The notes below the pieces were generated by a model. It worked only from the letters and a program-made list of their open reading frames with translations. It did no database searches and had not been told where the DNA came from. From the NCBI GenBank assembly GCA_963695095.1, contig CAVOFT010000001.1, positions 1,088,001-1,152,000 of the forward strand: a stretch of 64,000 bases of DNA, given 5' to 3'. The DNA is from an uncultured bacterium. Its GTDB lineage: Bacteria > Krumholzibacteriota > Krumholzibacteriia > JACNKJ01. Below are positions 1 through 12,007 of this stretch, piece after piece. A program made the position numbers and the translations under genes. Within the stretch, counting starts at the first letter, position 1. The number at the start of each line of letters is the position of its first letter.

Positions 1-1
1 C

Positions 2-148
2 CTGCACGCGGGCGCGCTGGCCGGCGGGCTGCTGAGCTGGGAGTGGGATGCGCGGGACGAGCGCGGCGTTCGCATGGCGGCCGGCGTCTACTTCGCGCGC
101 TTCGTGGCCGACGGCCGGCAGGCGAGCGTGAAGCTGATCCTGCTCTAG
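2..148 (+). CDS. 3' end of a secreted protein with a C-terminal FlgD-Ig-like domain (partial)
   Basis: Frame +2 reads LHAGALAGGLLSWEWDARDERGVRMAAGVYFARFVADGRQASVKLILL*, matching the WDGRD..G...SGVYF.RL....KL.LL pattern of three other proteins in the window. Confidence 0.8.
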   Translation: MHAGALAGGLLSWEWDARDERGVRMAAGVYFARFVADGRQASVKLILL

Positions 149-456
149 CTTTCGTCGATCGTGTACATCCACCAGCGCGGGCCGCGGCCGGCGTCGCGGG
201 CCCGGCGCTGGAAGTAGAGCACGACCGTGGCGCCGCAGGCCGTGCGCAGGCGGAACCAGTGCCGGCGCAGGTACTGCTCGCTCTCGAAGCTGCGCGGAGT
301 GAGTTCGCGCCAGCGCTCCAGCTCCGCGACGACGCTGAAGTCCCGGTTCCGCCAGCGAAAGCGGGCGGGCGGCGAGGGCTCTCCAGACGCCATGGCCGTG
401 GCGTCGAAAGTTGCCGCGTCGGGGGAGATGGCCTCGCTGATGAAGCGCTCTGGCAT
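145..456 (-). CDS. small hypothetical protein, DUF6504-like
   Basis: 103 aa; P.RFRWR.R...V...LERW...Y.RRHWFRLRT...LYF.R...W pattern. Confidence 0.6.
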   Translation of the reverse strand: MPERFISEAISPDAATFDATAMASGEPSPPARFRWRNRDFSVVAELERWRELTPRSFESEQYLRRHWFRLRTACGATVVLYFQRRARDAGRGPRWWMYTIDES

Positions 457-482
457 GGCGACAGACTAGCAGACGGCAGCGC

Positions 483-1376
483 TCAGCGGCCCAGGAAGAT
501 CCCGAGGGCGAGCAGGAGGGGCGTCGCCAGGTTCAGCAGCACGTTCTGGCCCATGGCGGGGATCAGCGCGGGCGTGTTCGCGTGGTGGCGCCGCGCGCCG
601 CGCCAGGCGGCCAACGCCAGCGGCGCGGTCAAGAGCCCCAGCAGCGCCAGCCAGGGCAGGATACCAAGAGCAACGCCGGCGAGGATGCTCAGGTAGGCCC
701 CGGCCAGGAAGAGCCCGTAGACGCGCACGCCGGCCTCGGGCCCGTGGACGATGATGAGGTGCCGCCGGCCCGCCGCCGCGTCGGCCGCGGCATCGGGGAA
801 CTGGTTGAGCAAGAGCAGGTCGCTTACGAGGAAGAAGGGCGTCAGCGAGGCGAGCGCGGCGGCGATGCTATACGAGCCGGTCAGGGCGAAGTCCGTGCCC
901 ATCACCATGCAGGGGCCGAAGCCCAGGCCCGGCGCCAGCAGGCAGAGCAGCGGCGAGCGCGTGAGCCAGCGCGTGTAGAGCAGGATGGCGAGCAGGCCGA
1001 GCAGGCCGAGGGGCAGCAGGTCCCAGCCCCAGCGCAGCAGGAAGCGCAGGCCCACGGCGGCGGTCACCGCCACCGCCACGAGCGCCACGGCCAGTGCGCC
1101 GCGGCTGGCCTCGGGGTGCGCGGGCAAGGTCCCGCTGCCCCCGCTGAAGGGCGTGCGCTCGGTGCGCAGGTCGACGCCGCTGCGGAAGTCATCCCATTCG
1201 TTCAGCGCATTCACGGCGACATGCGCCGCCAGCCCGCCGAGGAGGGCGAGCAGGCCGTCCGCCCAGGCGAGGGGGCTGCTGTGGAGCGCAGCGCAGGCGG
1301 CGCCGAGCAGCACGCAGGCCGGCACCAGGGCGAGGAAGGGCACGCGCATGGGGCCGAGGAGGGTGGCCGCGCTCAT
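483..1376 (-). CDS. menA: UbiA-family prenyltransferase (MenA-like)
   Basis: NALNEWDDFRSGVD and LLNQFPDAAADAAAGRR Asp-rich motifs, RTPFSGGSG, multiple TM helices. Confidence 0.75.
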   Translation of the reverse strand: MSAATLLGPMRVPFLALVPACVLLGAACAALHSSPLAWADGLLALLGGLAAHVAVNALNEWDDFRSGVDLRTERTPFSGGSGTLPAHPEASRGALAVALVAVAVTAAVGLRFLLRWGWDLLPLGLLGLLAILLYTRWLTRSPLLCLLAPGLGFGPCMVMGTDFALTGSYSIAAALASLTPFFLVSDLLLLNQFPDAAADAAAGRRHLIIVHGPEAGVRVYGLFLAGAYLSILAGVALGILPWLALLGLLTAPLALAAWRGARRHHANTPALIPAMGQNVLLNLATPLLLALGIFLGR

Positions 1377-1518
1377 CTGAAGAGAGAGCAGGCGCGATCG
1401 CTGCCGTGGCCGGGCTGCTTCATCGTCATCCTCCCGCTGGCCGGCGGAGCGCGGGAAGCGCCGCTGCCGGAGACGGAGCGAGTATAGCGTCGCGGGCTAT
1501 GGCTGTCATGCAGCGATG

Positions 1519-1592
1519 GGCCTCGGCCCAGCCGGCTGGACAGCCCAGAACCGAGGCCGCGCGCCGGGGCCCTTGTCACGTGACAAGAGCCC
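1519..1592. repeat. composite palindromic element: CCAGCCGGCTGG inside a GGCCTCGG...CCGAGGCC stem, plus CTTGTCACGTGACAAG
   Basis: Perfect palindromes at 1528-1539 and 1572-1587, just downstream of the tyrA stop. Confidence 0.85.
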
Positions 1593-1593
1593 G

Positions 1594-2682
1594 CTAGCCG
1601 CCGAGGAAGAAGCTGCGCCCCGCGTCCATGATGCGGCGGAAGGCCTCGCGATCGCCGCCGGCGACGGCGCCGAGGATCTCGTCGAGGGCCCTGTGCAGCT
1701 CCGCGGCGAGGGCGGGCGTGTTCGCGTTGAGCTGCTGGATCTCGAAGTAGAGGTCCGGGTTCTCGCGCAGCACGTCGCGGGCGGTGGCGTTCTGCTTGCC
1801 GAAGGTGGTGGAGGCCACCTCGCCCAGGCGGCGGTAGTCCAGGCCGCTCGCGCCGAGCACGCGGCCGTAGAGGATGTTCACGAGGTGGGCGAGGCCGAGC
1901 ACGTAGCCCATGTGGCGGTCGTGCTCCTCGAGCGGCAGCTCCACGAGATGCGCGCCTACGCCCACGAAGAGCTGCTTCGCCTGGGCGAGGGCCGCCCGGT
2001 TGCCGCAGTCGCAGAAGAGCACGTTGCGGCCGATGAGGTGGGCCGCGTCCGGCCCGAACATGGGATGCAGGCTGGCCACGCGCAGGCCACGGGCGGCCGC
2101 CGCGCGCAGGGGCGCCACCAGGGGCGATTTCAGCGAGGCGATGTCTAGAATCAGCCCGCGGTGCCGGGCGGGGTCCAGCGCCTCGAGCAGGCCGGGGATG
2201 CTCGCGATCGGCGTGGAGAGCACGAGCAGCTCGGCGCCCGCGGCCGCCGCGAGATCGGGGATGCTCTCGTAGGCGCCGCCCCCGGGGGCGGGGTCGAGCA
2301 CGCGCACGCGGTGGCCGCCCGCGTGGAGGTAGTCGCAGAGCCAGCGGCCCATCTTGCCCTTGCCGCCGACGACCACGGCCTCGCCCCGCTCACCGCCGCC
2401 GCCGCGGTCGGCGAGCCCGGCCTGCAGCTTCACCGCGTGATCGATGAGCAGGCCGGCCAGGGCGTCGCCGAACTCGGGATCCACGCCCCGGGCGGCGCAG
2501 CCGGCGCGCAGGCGCTCGAGCACCTGGGCCTCCACGGGGAAGTTGCGCACGGGCAGGCCGCGCGCGCTCTTGATGCGGCCCAGCTCGGTGGCGGCCTCCA
2601 GCCGGCGGGACACGGCGGCGAGGATCTCCTCGTCGCAGCGGGCGATCTCGTCGCGGAGGGCGTCGAGGCGGGGGTCGGTCAT
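1594..2682 (-). CDS. tyrA: bifunctional chorismate mutase / prephenate dehydrogenase
   Basis: N-terminal AroQ-like LDALRDEIARCDEEIL; Rossmann motif VVGGKGKMG; DIASLK, SLHPMFGP and EEHDRHM motifs. Confidence 0.9.
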   Translation of the reverse strand: MTDPRLDALRDEIARCDEEILAAVSRRLEAATELGRIKSARGLPVRNFPVEAQVLERLRAGCAARGVDPEFGDALAGLLIDHAVKLQAGLADRGGGGERGEAVVVGGKGKMGRWLCDYLHAGGHRVRVLDPAPGGGAYESIPDLAAAAGAELLVLSTPIASIPGLLEALDPARHRGLILDIASLKSPLVAPLRAAAARGLRVASLHPMFGPDAAHLIGRNVLFCDCGNRAALAQAKQLFVGVGAHLVELPLEEHDRHMGYVLGLAHLVNILYGRVLGASGLDYRRLGEVASTTFGKQNATARDVLRENPDLYFEIQQLNANTPALAAELHRALDEILGAVAGGDREAFRRIMDAGRSFFLGG

Positions 2683-3341
2683 TACACGCCCCGCGGGGGG
2701 ACTGCGCCGAGGAGCACCAGCGCTTCCGCAACGAGCGTCGCCGCGAGCACGCTCGCCAGCGTGCCGAGCAGGAAGTACTCGGCGAACTCGGGATCCTTCT
2801 CGAAGCGCTCGTGACGAGCGAGGGCTTTAGCCGCCATGAGGAAGGCCATGGCCGCATACTCGCCCCGGGCCAGCACGACGAGCAGGATCCAGCGCTCGAG
2901 GATGCCGATCGCCTCTCCGCGGCCGTGGCTGGCGACGGCCGCGGCGTAGGGCTTGCCCATCAGCTCCATGCCCCAGCGCAAGAGGCGTGTGGTCGGATCG
3001 GCCAGCAGCAGGAGGGCCACCAGCCAGGGCCAGACGCCCGCTGCGGCCGGGCCGTTCGCCTTCGTCGTCAGGAGCTGCAGGACTGCAGTTGAACCCAGGG
3101 CCAGCAGCGCCAGCAGGTGCCAGCCGCTCTTGCGGGGCGCTCGCCACCACAGGAGGATGGCGACGCCGCCACCCAGGAGCGCCGCTGTGAATGCGGACCA
3201 GCTCTCAACCTGGATGCCGCCCAGCCAGGCGATCAGTGCCAGCGCGGCCAGCATGACGCCGGCGAGCGCCAGGCCATGCCGCCAGATGCGCACGAGGTTG
3301 GCGCCGGCCAGCGTGGTGGTCAGCAAGATCCATCCGGTCAC
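2682..3341 (-). CDS. DUF3307-like (SatE-like) membrane protein
   Basis: Multi-TM; G..IGILER...AAKALAR...AEYFLLGTLAS motif; GTG start after GGAGG; stop overlaps tyrA start (TAATG). Confidence 0.7.
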   Translation of the reverse strand: MTGWILLTTTLAGANLVRIWRHGLALAGVMLAALALIAWLGGIQVESWSAFTAALLGGGVAILLWWRAPRKSGWHLLALLALGSTAVLQLLTTKANGPAAAGVWPWLVALLLLADPTTRLLRWGMELMGKPYAAAVASHGRGEAIGILERWILLVVLARGEYAAMAFLMAAKALARHERFEKDPEFAEYFLLGTLASVLAATLVAEALVLLGAVPPRGV

Positions 3342-3356
3342 GCTCCGCCTCCCAGT

Positions 3357-4004
3357 TCAAGGCATCAGTTCCAGAAGACCCTTTTCGAGAGCCTGCGATG
3401 CGCGCTCATAGAGGCTCCAGCCGGCGGCCTTCTGGCGCAGGCTCACGGCGCTGGGGCTGATCTTCAAGACCTCGGCCACTTGCTTCCAGGATCGTCCACC
3501 TTCGAAGAGCGCGATGGCTTGAGCTTGCGCCGATGTCCAGCTCATCCGTTGGCGCAGCACATAGGAGGCCAAGGTGCTCCAGAGGATGGCGTCGCCCTGT
3601 TGGGTGTCGAGTTGGCAGGGCAGATCGAGCGCGCGGGCACGCTCGAGCGCCGCGCGCGCGCGGTGGAAGCAGGGACCGTCCATGCCTAGAGCCTCTTCGC
3701 GGAGCTCTGTGCTCAGAGCCCCGAGGCCGAGTCCGAAACGCACGGCCGTGGGCCTGGCCAAGTCCAGGACTTCAGGGATGAAAGCCAGTAGCGCGCGGCA
3801 TCCCGCGGCGTCAGCAGGGAAGAGCGCCTGGAACTCATCCCCGATGGTGACCAGTGGCCAGGCCGCGAAGCCTGTGCGCGTCTCGGCTCTGACGGCGGCG
3901 AAGTGCCGGCCAAGCTGTGCCTGGAGCCGGCCCCGCGCATCCGGCTTCAGTGCCCGGGAGGCGACGAGGTCTCCGATGAGGGCGATGTAGGCTGGATCGC
4001 TCAT
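3357..4004 (-). CDS. SatD-family protein (nucleotidyl-cyclase-like domain plus C-terminal HTH)
   Basis: YIALIGDLVASR, TIGDEFQAL, VRFGLGLG and MDGPCFHRAR motifs; C-terminal SWKQVAEVLKISPSAVSLR HTH; ATG at 4004 preferred over the longer ORF start. Confidence 0.8.
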   Translation of the reverse strand: MSDPAYIALIGDLVASRALKPDARGRLQAQLGRHFAAVRAETRTGFAAWPLVTIGDEFQALFPADAAGCRALLAFIPEVLDLARPTAVRFGLGLGALSTELREEALGMDGPCFHRARAALERARALDLPCQLDTQQGDAILWSTLASYVLRQRMSWTSAQAQAIALFEGGRSWKQVAEVLKISPSAVSLRQKAAGWSLYERASQALEKGLLELMP

Positions 4005-4010
4005 GGACTT

Positions 4011-4125
4011 AGTTAAGCCTTTGGACTTAATTCCGTCAAGTTGATTCAATAGGCTCAACTAACTTCGATTGCAAGAATTAAGTCTCAAAGCTCAATTCTT
4101 TGAAGTTGAGCCTAGAGGCTAAACT
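4011..4125. promoter_or_regulatory. array of four 22-bp imperfect palindromic boxes (approx. AGTTRAG-N8-CTYAACT) overlapping the predicted satD promoter
   Basis: Boxes at 4011-4032, 4039-4060, 4076-4097 and 4104-4125 in an AT-rich island; minus-strand TTGACG (4039-4034)-N17-TTAACT (4016-4011). Confidence 0.75.
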
Positions 4126-4180
4126 CCCGACCTTCCCTGGCGCGCGGAAGAGCCTAGCCAGCGACCACCCGCCGCCAGGG

Positions 4181-4196
4181 CTACCGCGCGCGGTAG
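4181..4196. repeat. perfect 16-bp palindrome CTACCGCGCGCGGTAG
   Basis: Read directly; intergenic. Confidence 0.8.
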
Positions 4197-4317
4197 GCCA
4201 TGCTGCGCCAGAGCCGCCAACGCCGAGCCGCATTGCGCCGGTGACGCGGCGGAGCGTGAAGAAGGGGAAGGCTGCGAGCGGCCCCGGCGGTCGTGACCCG
4301 CGCAGGGTGGCCCGGGC

Positions 4318-4337
4318 GACTTGTCACGTGACAAGTC
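4318..4337. repeat. perfect 20-bp palindrome GACTTGTCACGTGACAAGTC
   Basis: Read directly; same core as the copies at 1572, 10534 and 29902. Confidence 0.9.
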
Positions 4338-4358
4338 CCGCAGGTTGCCGGCGCTCTA

Positions 4359-4964
4359 CTAGTCCCAGAACGCCAGCCCGACTTGCAGCGAATAGCCAGG
4401 GCAGTACGGAAAGCTGTCGGGGCCAACGCTCCAGGCATCCAGCGCTTCGGCGCGCAGGGTGAAACCGAGGGAGCGCCGAAAGCGCCACTGAGCGCTGAGG
4501 CCGAGGCTGGCCAGCCCCCCGCCATCCCACATGGAGCCTAACCCGAAGCTGGCCAGGCCCAGGCCGCACTCCACGCGGACTCCCCAGTTCCTTCCCACTA
4601 GGACCGGCGCGCCGAGCAGGAGGCTCAACGAGAAGCACCCGCTCTCGATCCTGGCCGTCGCGCCTGGAGGCGGCTCGCCGCTGGGATCCAGTTCCACCGC
4701 GCCCGAGGCGGTGCTTCCGGCGATTCCCCAGCGAACTCCGCGATCGTCGGGGCCGCGAAAGCCTGGCCAGAAGGCAAGCCGGGCGCCGTGGTAGGGCCTT
4801 GCGATGTAAGCGGCGCCGCCGGGGAAGGGCGCGCTCTCGGTGTCGAAGGCCGCGCCGCGCAGGGCGAGCAAGCTGACTTCGCTGGCTCGGACCTGAGTGG
4901 CGGCGAGGAGGGCCGCCCCGACCAGCGCCAGGATCAGGAACCCTCGCAGCCCTCTGCTCGCCAT
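4359..4964 (-). CDS. hypothetical exported protein, possible small outer-membrane beta-barrel
   Basis: Signal-peptide-like N-terminus ([27 protein letters not shown]); alternating beta-strand patterns; C-terminus [11 protein letters not shown]. Confidence 0.5.
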   Translation of the reverse strand: MASRGLRGFLILALVGAALLAATQVRASEVSLLALRGAAFDTESAPFPGGAAYIARPYHGARLAFWPGFRGPDDRGVRWGIAGSTASGAVELDPSGEPPPGATARIESGCFSLSLLLGAPVLVGRNWGVRVECGLGLASFGLGSMWDGGGLASLGLSAQWRFRRSLGFTLRAEALDAWSVGPDSFPYCPGYSLQVGLAFWD

Positions 4965-5115
4965 CCCCTTGCCTCCTCCTGAACCTCGAGCTCCCCAGGG
5001 GCCGACCCGAGGAGTCTCCGCCACTGCTGCTCGTGCGTCAACCTCAACCCCTGCCTGGACTTGCGCCAGCCGTCCGCCGGCGGCAGGGCCAGCCCCCGGG
5101 GGCGGGTCGGCGCGC

Positions 5116-5144
5116 TTGCATCCCCTTTGCCTTGCCTTCATAAT
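5116..5144 (+). promoter_or_regulatory. sigma70-type promoter of the liu operon
   Basis: TTGCAT-N17-CATAAT about 50 bp upstream of the liuB ATG. Confidence 0.55.
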
Positions 5145-5196
5145 GCCGCCTTCCGGCGCCACGCCGGCCGGCGGAGCTGTGCACAAAGGCAGGGTC

Positions 5197-6811
<1,615 letters not shown>

Positions 6812-6816
6812 CGGCG

Positions 6817-7599
6817 ATGAGCGAAGCCCTTACTTGGACCCTCGCGGATCACGTGGCCACGGTCACGCTGAACCGGCCCGAGCTGCACAACGCCTTCGAC
6901 GACGCGCTGATGCAGGCGCTCACCGCGCGCTTCCAGGCGCTCGCCGCCGACAGCGTCGTGCGCGTCATCGTGCTGGCCGCCGCGGGCAAGAGCTTCTCGG
7001 CCGGCGCCGACCTGGCCTGGATGAAGCGCATGGCGGGCTACTCCTACGCCGAGAACCTGGCCGACGCTGGCCTCCTCGGCGACATGCTCGAGGCCATCCA
7101 CGCCGCGCCGCAGCCCGTGATCGCCCGCGTGCAGGGCGCGGCCTTCGGCGGCGGCGTCGGCCTCGTGGCCGCCTGCGACATCGCCCTGGGCACGGAGCGC
7201 GCGAGCTTCTGCCTCAGCGAGGTGAAGCTGGGCATCGTGCCGGCGATGATCAGCCCCTATCTTGTAGCGCGCATCGGGCCCGGCGCGGCGCGGCGTTACT
7301 CGCTCACGGCCGAGCGTTTCGACGCTGCCACCGCCCAGCGCCTCGGCCTGCTCGCCGAGGTCTACCGGGACGAGGCGGCGCTGGACGCCGCCCTCGCCGC
7401 CCTCTGCGCGCAGCTCAAGCAAAACGGCCCCGCCGCGCTGGCCGCCTGCAAAGACCTCTACGACTGCGTCAGTGGCGCACCGGCTCTCCACCGCGAAGAG
7501 ACCCAGCGCCGCATCGCCGAGATCCGTGTGTCCCCCGAAGGCCAGGAGGGCATCGCCGCCTTCCTGGCCAAGCGGCCGCCGAACTGGCAAGGGGATTGA
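6817..7599 (+). CDS. liuC: methylglutaconyl-CoA hydratase (crotonase family)
   Basis: [33 protein letters not shown] and [11 protein letters not shown] motifs; operon context. Confidence 0.88.
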   Translation: MSEALTWTLADHVATVTLNRPELHNAFDDALMQALTARFQALAADSVVRVIVLAAAGKSFSAGADLAWMKRMAGYSYAENLADAGLLGDMLEAIHAAPQPVIARVQGAAFGGGVGLVAACDIALGTERASFCLSEVKLGIVPAMISPYLVARIGPGAARRYSLTAERFDAATAQRLGLLAEVYRDEAALDAALAALCAQLKQNGPAALAACKDLYDCVSGAPALHREETQRRIAEIRVSPEGQEGIAAFLAKRPPNWQGD

Positions 7600-7601
7600 G
7601 C

Positions 7602-9094
<1,493 letters not shown>

Positions 9095-9095
<1 letters not shown>

Positions 9096-9631
9096 TGGCG
9101 ACGATCAAGCTCAGACCCGCCGCGGGCGGCGAGGCGACCAGCGTCAGCCTGGAGCGCGCGGACCAGAAGCCCGGCGTCAGCCACTTCGCGCAGATCAACG
9201 GCAAGCGGCAGCCCGTGGAGCTGGAGCTGCTCGGCACGGGCGAGGGCTGGCTGCGCGTGGGGGACCGCGTGCAGCCCTTCTTCTGCCATCGCGAGGGAGA
9301 CCACCTGCAGCTCTGGCTGGCCGGCCGCGTGCATGCGGTGGAGATCGTGAGGGATACGCCGCAGCGATCCAGCGCCGAAGCGGGCGCGCCGCGCAGCGCC
9401 TCGCTCACCGCGCCCATGCCGGGGGCCGTGCTGAAGGTGCTCACCGCGCCGGGCAAGCGCTTCAAGGCCCACGAGCCGCTCGTGATCATGGAGTCGATGA
9501 AGATGGAGCTGACGCTCTCGCTGCCCCATGCCGGCCGCGTGCGCAAGCTCTCCTGCGAGGTGGGCGAGCTGGTGGAGCTGGGCGCCGTGCTCGTCGAACT
9601 GGAGGAGGCGGCGGCCGCCGCGCATGCCTGA
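9095..9631 (+). CDS. biotin carboxyl carrier protein with N-terminal BT-like region
   Basis: LTAPMPGAVLKV...IMESMKME biotinylation motif; TGATG coupling to the upstream gene. Confidence 0.85.
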
Positions 9632-10523
9632 GCGCATACGCATCCTCGAGGTGGGGCCGCGCGACGGCCTGCAGAACGAGGGGCGCATCGTGCCCACGGC
9701 CGAGAAGCTGCGCTTCATTGCGGCCCTCGCGGAGTCAGGGCTGCGCGAGATCGAGGTCAGCAGCTTCGTCCACCCCGAGCTGATCCCCCAGCTCGCCGAT
9801 GCCGAGGATCTGGTGGCGGGCCTGCCGGCGGCGGCCGGCCTCACCTACTCGGCCCTCGTGCCCAACGAGCGCGGCCTCGACCGGGCGCTGGCCACGGGCA
9901 TCGGACGCATCGCGGTCTTCACCGCGGCCAGCGAGACCTTCACCGAGCGCAACATCCGCATGAGCATCGAGGAGAGCTTTTCGGTGTTTGGCCCGCTCAT
10001 CGCGCGGGCCAGGGCGGCGGGACTCAGCGTGCGCGGGTACCTGTCGGTCTGCTTCGTGTGCCCCTACGAGGGGGATATCCCCAAGGAGCGTGTTCGCCCC
10101 CTGGTCGAGCGCCTGCTCGAGCTCGGCGTGGACGAGGTGGGGGTCAGCGACACCATCGGCGCCGCGGCGCCGCGCGAGGTGGCCGAGACCACGGCCTACC
10201 TGCTCGAGCGCGTGCCGGCCGAGCGCCTCGCCCTTCACTTCCACGACACCTACGGCACGGCGCTGGCCAACGTGCTGGCGGGGCTCACGCTCGGCATCCG
10301 CAGCTTCGATGCGGCGACTGCCGGCCTCGGCGGCTGTCCCTACGCGCCCGGCGCGGCGGGCAACCTGGCCACCGAGGACCTCGTCTACATGCTGGGGCGC
10401 ATGGGCTACGAGACGGGCGTGGATCTGGAGGCGCTGGTCGCCGCGGGCGCGGGGATGGCCGGCTTTCTCAGCCGCCAGCCGACGAGCCGGCAGTGGCGGC
10501 GGCTGGGGGGCGGGAAGCGCTAG
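9624..10523 (+). CDS. liuE: hydroxymethylglutaryl-CoA lyase
   Basis: EVGPRDGLQNE, LHFHDTYG and GLGGCPYAPGAAGNLATEDL motifs. Confidence 0.92.
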   Translation: MPERIRILEVGPRDGLQNEGRIVPTAEKLRFIAALAESGLREIEVSSFVHPELIPQLADAEDLVAGLPAAAGLTYSALVPNERGLDRALATGIGRIAVFTAASETFTERNIRMSIEESFSVFGPLIARARAAGLSVRGYLSVCFVCPYEGDIPKERVRPLVERLLELGVDEVGVSDTIGAAAPREVAETTAYLLERVPAERLALHFHDTYGTALANVLAGLTLGIRSFDAATAGLGGCPYAPGAAGNLATEDLVYMLGRMGYETGVDLEALVAAGAGMAGFLSRQPTSRQWRRLGGGKR

Positions 10524-10533
10524 CCGACGCGCT

Positions 10534-10589
10534 CTTGTCACGTGCCAAGGCGCCTGGCGATTCTCCCGCGCGGCGCGTGCAGCCGGCTG
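10534..10589. repeat. composite palindromic element: CTTGTCACGTGCCAAG (one mismatch) plus CAGCCGGCTG
   Basis: Palindromes at 10534-10549 and 10580-10589 between convergent genes. Confidence 0.75.
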
Positions 10590-10594
10590 GGCCT

Positions 10595-11848
10595 CTACTT
10601 GCCCTCGTCCTTGCCGCGGACGTAGTACTCGATCGGGTGCACCTGTCCCTGGAAATCGACGAGATTGATCAGCAGCGTGCCGCTGCCATAGGCCTGCTCG
10701 TAGCGGATCCTGAGTGGGCTGAGGTCGAAGTGCTCGTTCGTCGTGAAGGCCGCGTCGCAGTCCTCTTCCAGCTCGTGGACCAGCACCGCGCGCACCTGCA
10801 CCGGGTTCGACTCCATGAAGCCGCCCGAGATGTAGCAGGTCCAGGGGTGCTCGGGCTGGCAGCCGCTGAAGGCCACGCGCAGGGCCAGGCAGTCCTCCTC
10901 GATGCGCGCCGCGATGAACTGCCAGTGGGCATCGTGCAGCGAGTCGGGCGGCAGGTCCGTGAAGACCACCGGCTCCGCGTTCGGCGCTCCGCCCCAGTGG
11001 ATGCCGAAGTCCGCGTGCAGGAAGCTCTGCGGATCGCCGTCGGGGCCCGGCGCGATGAGCACGCTGAGCGGGTTGGGCGTCGTGAAGAGGGGCGGGATCA
11101 TGTCGAAGATGGAGAAGTCGCAGGTGACCTGGTAGATGCCCACGGACGCGATGGGCAGAGCCCAGCGGCCCTCAGCATCGCTGTAGGCCAGGAGCAGGTC
11201 GCCGCCGGGCGTCTCCACGATGATCGGCGCGCCGTGCCAGCCCGGCTCGCCCTGCTCCGGCAGCCCGTTCGCGTTGCGATCCACCCACACGCGGCCGCCC
11301 AGGCGGGCGAGTCCGGGCGCGAGCCCCGCGTCCAGGCGCGCGCCGAAGGCGAAGGAGCCGAGGCCGGGATCGTGGAAGACCCAGAGCTTGGCCCGCGAGG
11401 TCTCGCCCGTCTCGAGCACGCCGTCCTCGCCGAGCAGCTCGGAGTAGTCGAAGCCGTAGGCCGGCGGCAGCACGTCCGCCAGGCCGCCCGACATGGCCAC
11501 CGCGTCCGGGTTCACCACGCTCACGACCGGCGGCCGGAAGGCGCCCAGCCAGATCATCACCGGCGGATGGATGTCGGCGCCGACATTGCGGATCGAGACC
11601 TGGATGGAGAGCTCCTCGGACTGGGGATCGATCTCGAGTCCGCCGCCGATCAGCTCGACGACCAGCGGGTTGCCGGGCAGGGTGTCCGTGACGCCGAGCA
11701 GGAACTCGCCGCCGTCGGCGTCGAAGCTGCCGCCCAGGGCCAGGTTGCCGGCGCCGGGGCCGCCCCCGGGGGCGGTGCCATCCGAGCAGCCGGCGAGGAC
11801 GAGCAGCGCGAAGGGCAGCAGGCGCAGGGAGCGCGGAAGGGCGATCAT
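10595..11848 (-). CDS. lipoprotein with an SdrD-B/Cna-like domain
   Basis: Lipobox VLAGC; GGRVWVDRNANGLPEQGEPG and SDAEGRW motifs; GGAGG RBS before ATG at 11848. Confidence 0.65.
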   Translation of the reverse strand: MIALPRSLRLLPFALLVLAGCSDGTAPGGGPGAGNLALGGSFDADGGEFLLGVTDTLPGNPLVVELIGGGLEIDPQSEELSIQVSIRNVGADIHPPVMIWLGAFRPPVVSVVNPDAVAMSGGLADVLPPAYGFDYSELLGEDGVLETGETSRAKLWVFHDPGLGSFAFGARLDAGLAPGLARLGGRVWVDRNANGLPEQGEPGWHGAPIIVETPGGDLLLAYSDAEGRWALPIASVGIYQVTCDFSIFDMIPPLFTTPNPLSVLIAPGPDGDPQSFLHADFGIHWGGAPNAEPVVFTDLPPDSLHDAHWQFIAARIEEDCLALRVAFSGCQPEHPWTCYISGGFMESNPVQVRAVLVHELEEDCDAAFTTNEHFDLSPLRIRYEQAYGSGTLLINLVDFQGQVHPIEYYVRGKDEGK

Positions 11849-12007
11849 GGCGGCCTCCGGGGATGGGCCACGGTGGGGGCGGGCCCCCGAAGTATAGCGG
11901 AAGCCGCGCCTCGCAGGCAATCGGGCGGCTCCGCCCGCGCTCGCGAATCCAGGCGCCGGCGGGCCTTCCGGCGGCCTGGGGGCGGCGTGCGGTGGTCCCA
12001 GCCGCAC

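Noticed and set aside
1572..1587. Calling the CACGTG palindromes canonical parS sites
   Set aside because: The arms differ from TGTTTCACGTGAAACA at several conserved positions, and no parAB or origin genes are in the window; kept only as an alternative hypothesis.
4011..4125. The four repeats as a mini CRISPR array
   Set aside because: The repeats are degenerate, the gaps are only 6-15 bp, and no cas genes are present; an operator array fits better.
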